Assembly (NCBI GenBank): GCA_040954595.2
Contig: CM082579.2
Location: forward strand, 8,545,625-8,609,624
DNA length: 64,000 bases
Direction: 5' to 3'
Source of the DNA: Balanoglossus misakiensis
Lineage: Eukaryota; Animalia; Hemichordata
Shown: in pieces, positions 44,348 through 57,000 of the stretch
Layout of the letters: each line of letters begins with the position of its first letter
Position numbering within the stretch: the first letter of the stretch is position 1
The notes under the pieces: model-generated
Database searches by the model: none
What the model saw: only the letters and a program-made list of their open reading frames with translations
What the model was told of the DNA's origin: nothing
Made by a program: the position numbers and the translations under genes

Positions 44348-47300
44348 TTTGTCGTCATCATCATCATCATCATTTTGTCGTCATCATTTTGTCGTCGTCA
44401 TCATCATCATCATCATCATCATCATTTTGTCGTCATCATCATCATCATCATCATCATTTTGTCGTCATCATCATCATCACAAACAGGTGAAATTAAACCA
44501 ACAGCGATCTGATCACATGATGTTAAAGCCCCAATATCTGCCACAATGCACTTGCTAACCATGAAGACATGCTGACATGTTTTAATTAATCCACGAAGGA
44601 TTTTGTTCTAATGTAGTCAGTTCTTATGGTACTGCAAGGCCAGAGTAAATATTCTCCTAGCGTGCAATGTCAAGTAGATCATGCACTGCTGGGATGACAA
44701 ACGATTCACTGCACTCAAATTTGTCATTTGAAGGAGCATAAAGAATGCGCAAAATGTATGTGTTAAGCCTTGCATCATTTATATGTGCATGCTCAGGGGA
44801 GATGGAGATACGTGAACAGAATATACAGGATATGAGAAACGTTTACATGTACACAAGTTGACCTAGACAGCTCTGGTGAATACACTGCCTGTGGCGAAGG
44901 TCTTACCGTGAATGGCTGCACCTTCTCCTGCAGATCTTCATACCTTGTCTTCCAACTATCAATAAAAAATATACAAAAAAAAAATTCTGTTTATTTATAT
45001 TATAAACCTTGTAGCCAGTACACATGCAATGCCTTTCTGTGTAGGCCTGTTCTGGTGACAAACTTTTACGTACATTTCAATATATTCGCGTGCTAAAATT
45101 TCCTGTTATATTTCATGTGTATGATATGAGTGTAAAACTAAAAGACAAGCACATACACATCTCTTGGTGAGTACAATAACTAAGATAACCTTTCATCCCC
45201 AGCTCCCTGTATAAAGGTCCAGCTTTGCTATTGAAAACAATGGAGCTGGACCAAACCATGGTGGTGAAAGGGTTAAAACATAAATGTGAAAAGGTTTAGC
45301 TGGCTACTGAAAATTTATATTACTCCTCGTGTTTATGGTGTTTCTTTCATTTGTTTCACATAAAGCCTGTTTACCTCAATACTTCTTCTTTCATCGCTTC
45401 TGTGGCTGATTCATCCTGTTGACTGCAACCAACAAGGAATAAAAATGGAAATAATTTGGTTTTCCGTTCTGCTATTCGATGGATGCAACTTCACAAATCT
45501 AAATATATTTCACTTCCTTCACCTAATGGTATTCTGCCTTATAGAATACGTAGATTTTAAACTGCAGATCGTTGCTATCACGCACTAAATATTGGAAACC
45601 ATCCACAAAGAGGTGTCAAGGATTCAGACATAGCATCAGAGGGACATCATTTGGCATTAAACTCAGCACTGTGGCATACAAGATGGCAGTCGTCAATTTG
45701 ACTCACCTGACTTTGTGCTGCAATTCACAGACAGTGTCTTGGAATTCCTTCTGCTGCCTCTGCAGTTCCTCCAAAGCATCCCTCAACTTGGTCTCTGCAT
45801 CGCTCTTGTATCTAGGAGAGGAGAAGATTTGTACAGCAATGCATGAAATACATTTCAGGTATACCGTCTCAAGCTGATACTACAAGCAACTTGATGTAGG
45901 ATTATCAATTGTTTATACATGTGCATGTCACTTACTTTTGAAACTCAGTTTCTTTGTTGGTCAGTTTCTTTTGTGTCTCAACCAGCCTTCTTCCAAACTC
46001 CTCTTTTTCTCGCTTAGACTTCTCATCCACAATTTCGAGCTGCTTCTTCAAGTCCTCCTCGTCAACTCTCGCCTGATCTTCAACATCTTTCACCGTCTTT
46101 TCAGCCTCGGTGAGCTTTCTCTTAAGATTGTCTATTTCCTCAGTGGTTGTTTGTTTATACCTAGAACGACAAGAGGCAATTTTTTTGACATTTTATTGAT
46201 GATCTTTTTTTCTTTTTCAGATTTAACCCCCTTATAGAGACTTCCACTAGCTGCGATGCTAGCTGCGATATGTCTTGTACAACAGAGAAGGGTTGTGAAC
46301 CAGGGATCGCCAGATTTATCTGAAACATTACACCATGTGCTGTTCATTGTCTGGCAAGGTGCACCACGAATAGTGTGTAACATGGCCAGCACACAGGCAT
46401 CGGAGTTGATTTTAGACAGACACAAACCTGTTGAACTCGTCTGCCATGTCGGTCAATTTCGAGCTTGCAGCTTCTCCGTGTTTTAATTTACTGGACAGAT
46501 CTTCACTCAGATCTAAAAGCTTTGTGACTCTCTCTTGTTTACTGTAGACGAAAACAAACAAACAAATGTTTCATAGTGGGTTCACATCTAGGCCCATGAA
46601 AAACCCTTCAAGTGCACACACATTTGTAGACAGGTGTTCAAGTGGCTTCTGAACCTTATCCCATTTTTGTCTTCAGGTCACTTACCATTTCAGTTCATTT
46701 TGCAGACAAAACAACTGGTGTTCTTGGTTTCCGTTGATGGCTTCCAGTTCTCCGATTCTTTCCTGCTGAACTTCCCGGGTCCTGTGCGAGTTCTCCAAGT
46801 TACAGCAGGCCTGTTTTTGAAAAACAGAATAACAAGAAAGTCTTGAATTCAACAGAGTTATTGCCCTTGATAGCCCTTGTAAGCCTGAGTGAGTTTGCAG
46901 ATTTAGTCTAACCTCTTTACTGGTAAAAGTTACTGTACAGATATGGTAAAACACAGCAAAATGTTAGCAGTATGCCAGCCCAACTCTATCTTAGAAAACA
47001 ATGCATTTGGACCAAACCATGGTGGTGGAAGGGTTAAGACAATCATGATACTTTTGGTAAACAGTCCCATTGAGTACACACCTGTAACTACTCCCTCCTG
47101 ACCTTACCTCCTGTAACTGTTGTTTAAGCTGCGTGATTTCAGCCGATGATTTCTCTTGTAATTTCTTCATCTCCCTAAGCAGAGTCTCTTTCTTCTCCTA
47201 CAAGAAGCACATGAGTTACGAATACATCGCATAGAGATAATTCTTGTCATGCAAATTGTTTCATAAGACTGTGTGCTCTGTTCAACTAGACTACCACAAC

Positions 47301-47902
47301 ACTATTTTTTTTTTTATTCAAGTTCCCTAGTTATTTGGTTGTTACCAGGTACACATTAAGATTGTCTACATGAGCTGTCTTCTTCTGCATCCCTGTCCAT
47401 TTCACTTCACCAGGTTTTCACTTTATGGATATAGCCACTTTACACATTGTCTATTATCTGGAAACAGCGTTACACGTACATTGTAAATCTACGATACAAG
47501 TCAAACTTGCCTTTTCACTGTTCAACTGCTCCATCTGATCTAGTTTGCTTCTTCTCAAACTCCCACATTCCTCCTCCAGTATCCTCGCCGTCGCCTTGGA
47601 AGCGTGCAGTTCCGAGTTCAGCTTCTCCACTCTCTTCCTGTAGTCAGTCTCCACGGCAGCGAGGGTGTCCTCCATGGATTGGTATTTCTTGGAGAGCGCC
47701 TTGATGTTCTCCGTCATCGTCCGGTCGCAGCTGCCGGCAGAAAATGGGACCATAAAGTAAATAATCACTTTTAATTATGCATTAAATAGTTCAACAGTGA
47801 AATGGAGGCTGCAGGATGGTATGGCTTAATTGTTATAAAATAACACAAGATGAACATGTGTTGAGACTGAACATCACTCTACTAAGAGAAACAGGAGACA
47901 CC

Positions 47903-47937
<35 letters not shown>

Positions 47938-50900
47938 CGATGATGATGATGATGAATCACAATAATTTTCTACACTTTATCATGATGATAAATAATTTTC
48001 TATACTTTATCATCATGATAAAGTATAGAAAATTATTGTGATTGCAATTCTAATGGAAATGTTGTGTGAAATCTGGACAGCAAATTTCTGCCAGTCAGTT
48101 AGTTTGTCTGCATAAATAGTTATCAAAGTACGCATATTTTCCTTATGGTAATACAGTATTAAATTTTCAGCATAATTATTACATGTCTGATACACGAGTC
48201 ATTTTCTTACATTTCCAGCTGTTCCCTGACACTGTCGGTCTCGTCTTTCTGCTCAGACAACTTCTTCCTTTCTGCCTCTATCTCCTCTCTCTGGATTTCC
48301 AGCTTTTTCTTCAGTTCTGTTATCTGATCGTCTTTGTTCTCGCTCTCCTCGCTCAGCTGATCAGCCCTGACTTGCAGCGAGTCGACTTGCTGGCGCAAAG
48401 TAGAACTGGAATGGGGAGGGCGAGGAATGATTTTCACAGAGATTGGAAATAGACTAGTACCGAAATGGTATCAAAAGAGCAGTGGTTGGCTGAAATGGGC
48501 AAATGATTCGAGGCCCCAAAAAGGCTGTGCATCACACGCCACAACAGTGTACCGGTAATCTTATTTCTTTTTATCTTAGTATGAATAAATCCATAATTAC
48601 AGTACCTTTCTTGCCTCAGTCGGGTTGCCTCGCTGTCTCTATCAGCCAGGGCTGCCTGACAGCTTTCAAGGCACTGTTCAATTTCCTCTTGTCGCAGCAG
48701 TGCATGCTGGGAATGACAAAAAGTGAGATCAGTGAGCAGAACTATATAAAAAAGAAACTAAACATGTTCACCCCTAGTTCTCTCTGTAGAGGTTCAAAGT
48801 TACCGTAGAAAACAATGGATTCGGACCAAACTAATGGTGGTGAAATGGTTAAAAGACAAACACTGATTACATGTAAGTGCCTCATTTACTTCAGGGAAAG
48901 CGGTCATCCAGAGGTTCTTGCACAACTCCCCAAGAAACCAAACTAATTTGTTCAATGTCCTATTCACCTTGACTTTGTCCTCCAACGTCTCTCTGATTTC
49001 AGTGATTTTCACTTGTGACGTCAACTGCAGGGCTGCCATCTCGGTTACTAAAGTCTGAAAAGCGAAGAAAAGTTTGTCAAATATAGGGGAAAAAATTTCC
49101 TGCCATTCCCAACTATTGTTATTTAATGCCAATTATCCAAGCACTGCTGTGAGTGCAACCCCCAGAATCCTGCCATATGTCCGGCACACTGGCATTGGTC
49201 AGATATCTTTAGACTGTGTACTACCTACCATTTCTTGCTCTTCGTGATCAGTGCACCTCTGTTCCAACAATGAATTCTCCGATCTCAGCTGATCTGCAAG
49301 ACCTACAGAAAGACGACAGGACTTTCAGCATGATGGCTTTTCGCAACTTTTTCAAGTGTGGTATTTTTCTCATCGCTTTCCTCTTCCTGCAGTTTGTTTT
49401 GTCTTTACCACTGTAGTATACAACCTTTCTCACGACAAGTGTGTGTACTTGCGATAGCGACCAATGCAAACAACTAGAAGACCCTACGTTCACTTCTGAC
49501 TGACATCATCTCTCACTCACCTTGAAGCAGAGTGACTTCACGTTCCACTTCTTCACTGTGGGCCAGAGCATCTTTCTCGTTTTGCGCTACAGAGGTGAAC
49601 AGAAACCGAGACAAATTATGACTCCTACCCTTTGCAACGCTTCATTCTGTTGGCACCTAAAACTGGATATTAAGTTTTTGATTCATCCTCAATAGGCCAA
49701 TGGAGATGCCATCAAAAACAAATTGTGAAATATAAGTGAATACATATGCCCGCATTGTTTGTAATTTTTATAGTACTTGCTTTTGGCGGCCATATGCGAC
49801 TTGCAAGCCATAAATTATTCGTCCGATACTGGCAACGAATCCAGTAGTTCAAAGTCAGTACACATACCGTGTGCCGCACTTTGTTCTTGCAAAGCTGTGA
49901 TGTTGGACTGCGACTCCTCCAGATCTGCTTGCAAAGTTTTAACTTGACACTCAAACCTCATTTGCAGTGCAGCTATTTCCTACAGGAGAAATTCAGACCA
50001 GTAAGGGACAGTGTTACGAACGACAAGGACCTACTCCCAATAAACGCAGACACTGATTGGCTGATTGAAGTCAAAGTGGATGGTCGAAGACTTTCTGAAT
50101 TCTTGTTTAAAAGTGCCACCTGATATGGATGAAGAAAAACATAAAGTTATTATCTTCAATAATTTTGAGAGGCTGCACTGACCTTTTCCTTGGCTTCCAA
50201 TTCAGCGACGAGGTTATCATGTTTCTTGTTGTGGTTTTCAGTGGTGGATATCTACATGAAGAAGATGGGGCGAATTAAAAATAAGGTCTTCGTCAAACGA
50301 TACAAGGAAAGTTATACTATCGTACGTTGTAACTGAAATAAGAGACACTTTCCGGCCTGGTGGGTGAGAATTTTAGAAGTCGGCGAAGCAGACACCGGCA
50401 CTTCATTGGAGGTTTGCTTTGTCTGTTCAAAGGCAGACAAAATCCAAGAACTTTTTCAGGATCATTTTCCATGATTTTACACATTTTAGGTCAACAGTGC
50501 CATATCAATTGTAAAGCCTTGTAATTTAAAAAAAAATTTTTTTTTATAGTAGCTGACATATAAATTCTCATAAACTGACCTGTTTTTTCAGCATGTCATT
50601 TGAATGTCTGAGTTCCTTGATCTCTTTCTCCGCAGCTGCCACCTGCGCTTGGAGTGAAATTTTGTCTTTCAGAGCGGCCTGCAGCTTGCCTTCCGTCTTG
50701 TGCATCTCTTGTTCCATACTCAGCAGTTTCTTGTCCAACTCTCCCCTCTGCTGCAGTAATCTGCGCAACTGAAGTGAAACAGGCAACCGAACTGCATCAT
50801 CATGGAGTACAACAAGAAAGCTATTTTTCTACATTAGACCAACATAATACGCGATTTTACAGGAATTCCACCACGAGCAATGTCTACGACGAGAACAAAC

Positions 50901-52233
50901 AATGTCTTTACCTCTCTTTCTAGATCTTTGACATTTCTGTCGTCTGGTGTGGGTGTCCCAAATTGCTTTTTCCCATTGCCTCCTGGGCCCTACGAAAAAA
51001 CAACGAAATTACGTTAAATAGTATCAACACTCATGTATTAATTACCGGTACTACGATTGAATTGTCAAGAATAGTGGACTTGTAATCTTGGAACTGATCA
51101 GAATTAGAAATCTTGAAATGCATACAGGAATACTCACCCCTAATGACGATGCATTGAAGAGTTTCTTAGATGGGGTTCCTACACTGGCGATACTACTAGT
51201 GCTTGTACTTAGACTATCGGTCAGTGACCCTGTCGGATGAGGATCTGTAACATAAAACAAGATACATACGTATATATGTATATGTTGCATTGTGCATCGC
51301 CATCTTAAGAAGCATGTGCTTTCTGGAAGTCCTGTATATAATGCCATGAAAGTGTTACGTTGTATTATTAAAATGGTTGATAGGCTGAAATGATTGTAGC
51401 GGGTGCTGCAAGGTTGAGGCGAACACACCACTCAACCTAGCAGCACCTGCTACAATCATTGTAGCTAAAGGTTGATATATTCCAAATGATCATATACCAT
51501 ACCTTGGGGTGCCTTGAACCGGTCTGTCTTTTCAAAGGAGACGGGGCCGGCTGATTTTTTCCATTCTTTCACGTCATAGGCGCCAGGTGGTGGTACACAA
51601 GCTGTGGTGGAAAAATAAAAGAAAGAAATGTTTTAGCTCCATCACTGAACGGTAAACTTCTGGCGAGTCTCCGGTTGTTGAGTTCGGAAGGGGGTTCGAA
51701 GGTGACGTGACGCAACCATCACATGTCCTCAAATCAACCAAACCGTCGACATAGGGCTTCGCGGGATTCGAGCCTTGAAAGACACCACCGACATACAGGT
51801 GTGAACTGTGAGTGTATGTAATACGGCTGGCGCAGGTTGACCCATAGTGATAAAGCATGGAGCCATGAATAGAGGGACTCAATGCTAGAGGTGGACCGTA
51901 TTGAGCTGTACGTGTCGGAGTGCCAGTTTCAAAACAAACACTTTTGACCACTCGCTTCTTAGCCGTACAGACATACAAAATACATAGCAAATCGAATGTG
52001 CACATGCTCTGTAGGAAAAGTACAAACATGAACTAGTCGCTCAGTGACATGAAAGTTGTAAATACCACATAAAAGGACGCAGGAGGAATCGACATCGACC
52101 AAAACAAAGCAGTTAGCAAGTATTGTCCGTCCATGGAGGGGTGTGTTGCGAGCTTAGCTAGCTCTAGAGTCTAAAGTCACTACTTACACGTTACGTCATT
52201 GAATCGCTTAACAGCAGACTTCGAAAACGCCAT
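43668..52233 (-). CDS. HMMR: Hyaluronan-mediated motility receptor (RHAMM), about 22 short coiled-coil exons (first 52188-52233 and 51503-51601; last ~44014-44190 and ~43668-43832)
   Basis: N-terminus MAFSKSAVKRFNDVTSCVPPPGAYDVK...GPVSFEKTDRFK resembles human MSFPKAPLKRFNDPSGCAPSPGAYDVK. The C-terminal basic-leucine motif is KLLGHKNQKQKIQHILKLKEENLSMKQEV, followed by FNAATAFKHVKEN. E/K/Q-rich exons lie between; not every internal boundary was verified. Confidence 0.92.
44235..44479. repeat. Compound (CAT)n microsatellite punctuated by TTTGTCGT
   Basis: Seen directly in an HMMR intron. Confidence 0.95.
45185..45276 (+). mobile_element. ~92-bp piggyBac-like MITE, copy 2
   Basis: Same internal motif; ends GTGGTGAAAGGGTTAA. 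Confidence 0.7.
46976..47037 (+). mobile_element. ~92-bp MITE, 5'-truncated copy 3
   Basis: GAAAACAATGCATTTGGACCAAACCATGGTGGTGGAAGGGTTAA. Confidence 0.65.
47903..48043. repeat. (GAT)n microsatellite followed by a duplicated-and-inverted ~35-bp segment
   Basis: AATCACAATAATTTTCTACACTTTATCATG ... CATGATAAAGTATAGAAAATTATTGTGATT. Confidence 0.85.
48759..48852 (+). mobile_element. ~92-bp MITE, copy 4
   Basis: GAAAACAATGGATTCGGACCAAACTAATGGTGGTGAAATGGTTAA. Confidence 0.65.
51389..51460. repeat. 72-bp hairpin (30-bp arms, 28/30 complementary) in HMMR intron 2, with a partial inverted copy at ~37890-37939
   Basis: AATGATTGTAGCGGGTGCTGCAAGGTTGAG, a 12-nt loop, then CTCAACCTAGCAGCACCTGCTACAATCATT. 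Confidence 0.8.
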
Positions 52234-52337
52234 AGCAGTTCTTTACAGCCTTATTGGTGTCCAGTACCGGTAGAAACGCTCGTTTTTCTTCAAGAACACG
52301 TCGACATCTAGCAGCTGCAGCTGGCTATTGATCGCAA

Positions 52338-52378
52338 CCGCCAGAAATTTAAACGTCAATGCTTCACCAGCCAATCAG
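52338..52378 (-). promoter_or_regulatory. Candidate HMMR cell-cycle promoter: CCAAT box, CHR-like TTTAAA, E2F-like TTTCTGGCGG
   Basis: AGCCAATCAG at 52369-52378, TTTAAA at 52348-52353 and CCGCCAGAAA at ~52338-52347, all 105-145 bp upstream of the ATG. Confidence 0.5.
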
Positions 52379-53627
52379 AAATAAGAGGCATGTACGCATC
52401 AACGATGTTGGCGGCGCCCTTTAATTGAAACAAAAGAGCATCTGCAATATTCCAACCCTTGCAGTGTGACATGCGGCACATTGACTGTGACATGACATGC
52501 ACAGGCTGAAATATGACACCATCTATGTAAAGTTATGGTGAAATAAAATCAATAACAACAATAATAATAATAACAATTTTCTTCCTTGAACTCACAGAAA
52601 CACACAAAAGGTGCTCATTGGCGGACACTTTTACAAGTTAAAGGAGTATTCCCCGGTTTGGGTTGACAGCCCTGTATTTTTTTTACTTTGATCACGTGAT
52701 CCACGCGGAACTGGTCAACTTAGTTCGGGTCATTGGTGTCTTTGGCGAGAACTATGTAACGGCGTTATTTGTCTTATATCTGACAACGCCTCGTTCAGGT
52801 AGGATTGTATTTGCAATTATTAATAGACGACGTTATCTGATTTGTTCCATTAACCGTGCACATTATAATTATGCACGCCCGTATACATCTAACCTAATAT
52901 ATGCCGAGGTGGGGGTGGGGGGGGGGGGTGCCTACCTCAGATATAGTCAAGCAATATTACTGTAAAATTACAGCACTTTGCATTTCCGTCTTAAGTTTGC
53001 AAAGTCAAAGTACAATCGAGCGATCACTAGTTCAACACCCATCCACCCTCCACCTTCGGGTACGCGTGTGAACTCGATGAAAAGTTACAACAGTGTGACC
53101 AGATTCGCCAGATGAGAAGACGAACATAAATGTCGTCATATGTGCTAAACGTACAAATATGAAACCTTCAATTTACAAACCTTGTTGTGTGCGTCGGCGA
53201 TAGACTTGGAAGAGTGCCAACCATTGTTTACTGTTACCTTAAGAAGGAACCTAGACGGAGAAAAATCACCACCGACAACAATGCGACTACACTGAGACTC
53301 GATGACGCACTGGCTTTTGTGTTTAAAACGAAAGTGCTGACACATGTTTCTTCTCCGCTGGCTTTAAAATAATCAATGGTACCACGCGCTCTTTTCGAAA
53401 TCTCGACTACGTGTCCCGCCTGATTTTACCTGTGGAACGTTCTTACGTCCTGAAGAAATATTCAGGTGAAATATCAAAGGTCTAGGCCTATGGGCGTATC
53501 TCTCATTTACCTGACAGAAAGTGCGTTTACCTGATAACAGTCTTGTAAACTAAGCCTTGAAAGCAAATCACTGCGTAAATAATCATTTTCATTGACATGC
53601 ATGTATTACTTGGCAGGCTAGCAACCC

Positions 53628-53660
53628 GTTGCTATGGTAATTAACCCAAGTCTCGCGAGA
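53628..53660 (+). promoter_or_regulatory. RFX X-box-like GTTGCTATGGTAAT plus TCTCGCGAGA palindrome upstream of the SPRY-NHR-ARM-ART gene
   Basis: Motifs read directly about 400 bp upstream of the ATG. TCTCGCGAGA is a known animal promoter motif (BANP/ZBTB33 class). Confidence 0.45.
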
Positions 53661-54062
53661 TATCGCAATGAGCGGAACTCATCTATTCACAAAACTGTAT
53701 AGAATGTGTTTCCGCGATTCAAATCTGTAGGCAAAACACGTATTTGTCGCAATCACTGGCAAGTTGCCAAACGAAGTTCACACTGGGGGGGAGGGGGTGA
53801 CTGTCCACGTCCCCTTAATACCGTTCTGTCGTTCATACTACATAATTTATTGGCAACGTTTGAATCTCTGACCTTTGTAAAAAAAAAAAAAAAAACTTTG
53901 ACATGGACAAACGAACGAACGAAAGACAGAAAGAAACAAAACATGAACGAACAAACGAATGAATGAATGAAACTTCTCTTTGGATACTTGAACATTCGGT
54001 AATAAATACAAAATCACTTTTGATTGTACAGATTGCAACCATCCACTTGTATCATCACTGTC

Positions 54063-57000
54063 ATGGGGAATGAGGTGTCCCAGGCACAAAGACAAGGCCA
54101 TGACGTCGGCAGCGACATCTTGGCAGAGGCCCTCGGCGCTGCTCTGAGAGAGATCCTCAGCGATCGCCAGACGTCCGTCACCCCTACACAGATAGAGCAC
54201 GCCTGGGACCCGGACGACTGCTCCGACAACTTCTCCGTCCTCGGCGATGAAGTGACGGCGCGGAGGGGGCGACAGGCCCACCGCACGGACCTCGTTCGAG
54301 GCAAGAAGGGCTACAGAACCGGCACTCACTCCTTCGAAATCTACTGGCCGGACGACGAACGAGGCAGCCATGCCATGGTCGGGGTCTCCATGCCGGAAGC
54401 TCCCAAGAGCTGCGTCGGTTACTCGTATCTGCTGGGCTCCACCAAAGATTCGTGGGGTTGGTGCTTAGTCGACAGGAAGCTTGTCCACGACGGCAAAGTA
54501 CTTGGAGTTTACCCAAAGGGCAAAGCCAATTTTGAGGTCCCGGAAATATTTCACGTCATCATAAATGCCGACGAAGGAACTTTGAGGTAGGTTGTAACAT
54601 GACAGGAATTCTAAATAACACACACATGGCAAATAAATTACATGCCGATAGAAATTCGCCAGAAAATCAAAGCAAGGTGGACGTACTACCGGTAGATTCG
54701 TTTCATTCAACTACTGATTAATTAACCTAACGTCAAATATAAAGAAGTAGAAGTTGTTAATTCGCCAAGATGAACGTGTAATTTCATCGTTGGAGTGGTC
54801 CAGAATCCAATATCAAATGCACCCTTTCGGCTGCTTTAGTTTCAGAGCAGACGACCAAGATCTCGGAGTAGCATTCAAGAATCTCCCTCGACAGAACTTA
54901 CTGAAACCCCTTTGCATCTGCGCAAGCTCGACCTACGGGAATGGCGATGTGCGCATGAAGTACATGGGCAATGAAGGTAGAATAGGATTTATACACGGAG
55001 ACAGCAATTGCTGGTTGGGGCTGCTGTTTGATGTGGTTCGATGCATGATGCATACGTTCTCGTTATAATGTCCCACCCAGGCTTTCGCTTTTGTTACCAA
55101 TCATCTTCGTTGTGACATGCTAATATTCGGTCTGTAATTATAACTTTAAGTATTGGAAATTTACAGGCAGATAGTCTCAAGTTGGATGTAGCATCAGGCT
55201 TCATGGTATATACCCGACCATTTTTGGTGACAACCTGGAGATTCAGACCATTGCAGTCACTCACGGAATAGCTGCGTAATTTTACGTCATTTTCGCGATA
55301 TTGGATTCAAACTTAAGTTAAATGCCATGGCATCCATATATGCACTAATGTACATGTACTAATTTGATTTCACCGACCCCCTTTTTCATATCTCCACTTA
55401 TAACAAGGTGGTATCTCCCAAGTGACGTCCACTGGTGAGCAGATTGTCACCGTTCCGGCGCCAACGGGATCCAGCTTTTACAAATTTCATCCGCGCTGTG
55501 GAGACAGCATCGACGTCATGCACAGTGGCAGGGTTGCCATGAGGAGAAAGTGAGTTGAATGTTGTGTGACTCGGAAGTGGGGAATGAATAGAACGTAAAA
55601 TCGGTCAACTCAAATCAAGTCAAATATAACGTCCCGCCATCTTTTTTATGGGAAATGCAACGACTCACGTGATCTAATGCAGTCGGTTTGGTGGTTATAT
55701 TGTCAAGCAGATATGCAAATGCTTACTTCAAATAATCCACAAATTACCACTGGTCCTTTTGGATATCATGGTCTCTAGCCCGTCTAGTATCTTTCCATGG
55801 TTGTGGCGAACCATTAAGACATCTTTGCATGCCTAAGCTTGTAGACTAAGTCCCTACTGAACTCCAGTATCGTATGGCCAAAATGCCTGAAACTTACCAG
55901 CACTCAGCACTGCCTACAAGTTGTAAAAAGAAATAGTTTAAAGAATGAAAATCTCGATGAGCAGCAAAGGTATATTCCTTTCTCTCGGCAGTGCGACTGA
56001 TGATTTCAAAGATGGCGTCGTGCTGACGAGGCAACCTCTGAAAGTCGACGAACGCTTCGAGGTGAGAATGGACACGAAAATAAACCGGTGGAGCGGCAGT
56101 CTTGAAATCGGTTTCACCTCAAACAAACCCGAAGAGTTGGAGTTTCCCACGACCATGACAGAGTGCAGAGATGGTACCACTCTCATGTGGTCCGGGGCGA
56201 ACGTGTACAAGAACGGAGAGAAGGTCTCTGAACTGGAAGTCGATCTTGATGACTGTACCGTAAGTGTCATGCATGTAGCTATCCTATAGCTTTATCAGAT
56301 TCAACAGTATTGCGATGTACCACCCTCTACAATCAGAGTCAGAATACAGATCCGGAGGAAACTGTCCTTGAATAGCCAAATATATAACCGTTATGCTTCA
56401 CACAATGGTTACTCGAACAAGACGAACTATTTTGCATTCATTTTGCCGCAAACTACATGTGTAATATAGTTTAATAACACATCTAATTGTGGTGGAAAAT
56501 AGAAAGTGGAAAGTCGGGAGCACCTTACCAAAACAGGAAAAGGAAGTTCCATTAACCAAGAAAAAGAAAGTTACCAGAATATTCTGTGTTCGTAGGTCCG
56601 AGTTGCCTAAAAAATTTCTAGATAAAGCCAGGCCGAATCAAATATTCTGTGTCCAATTAACTTCAGGTTGGAGATACTGTCGGCATTGAGAGGAAAGGCG
56701 ATGGATCGGTACAATTCTTCTTCAACGGAGACTGTTTGCAGAAAGCCGTGAAACTGAAGAGCGGTCCAACGGTGGCATATGGCGTGGTGGATCTCTACGG
56801 TCAGGCGGGAAGTGTGACGATTTGTGGTGGGTGAACTTATTAAACGCCGGGATACATGGGCATTTGCGGTATTCAAAGGAGTTGTACATGTATTTGCTGC
56901 ACCATACGGAATTTTTGACTACAATATTTCTGTTGCCAGGACAACGAGGAACATAGTTTGATTAATTCATAGACTGACTACTGTTCAAGTGTTAATGATT

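Noticed and set aside
44053-44558. Poly-His/Ser/Ile ORFs
   Set aside because: Translations of the (CAT)n microsatellite in an HMMR intron.
51690-51790. B-box-like GGCTCGAATCCC on the minus strand (tRNA or SINE?)
   Set aside because: No cloverleaf or A-box could be found.
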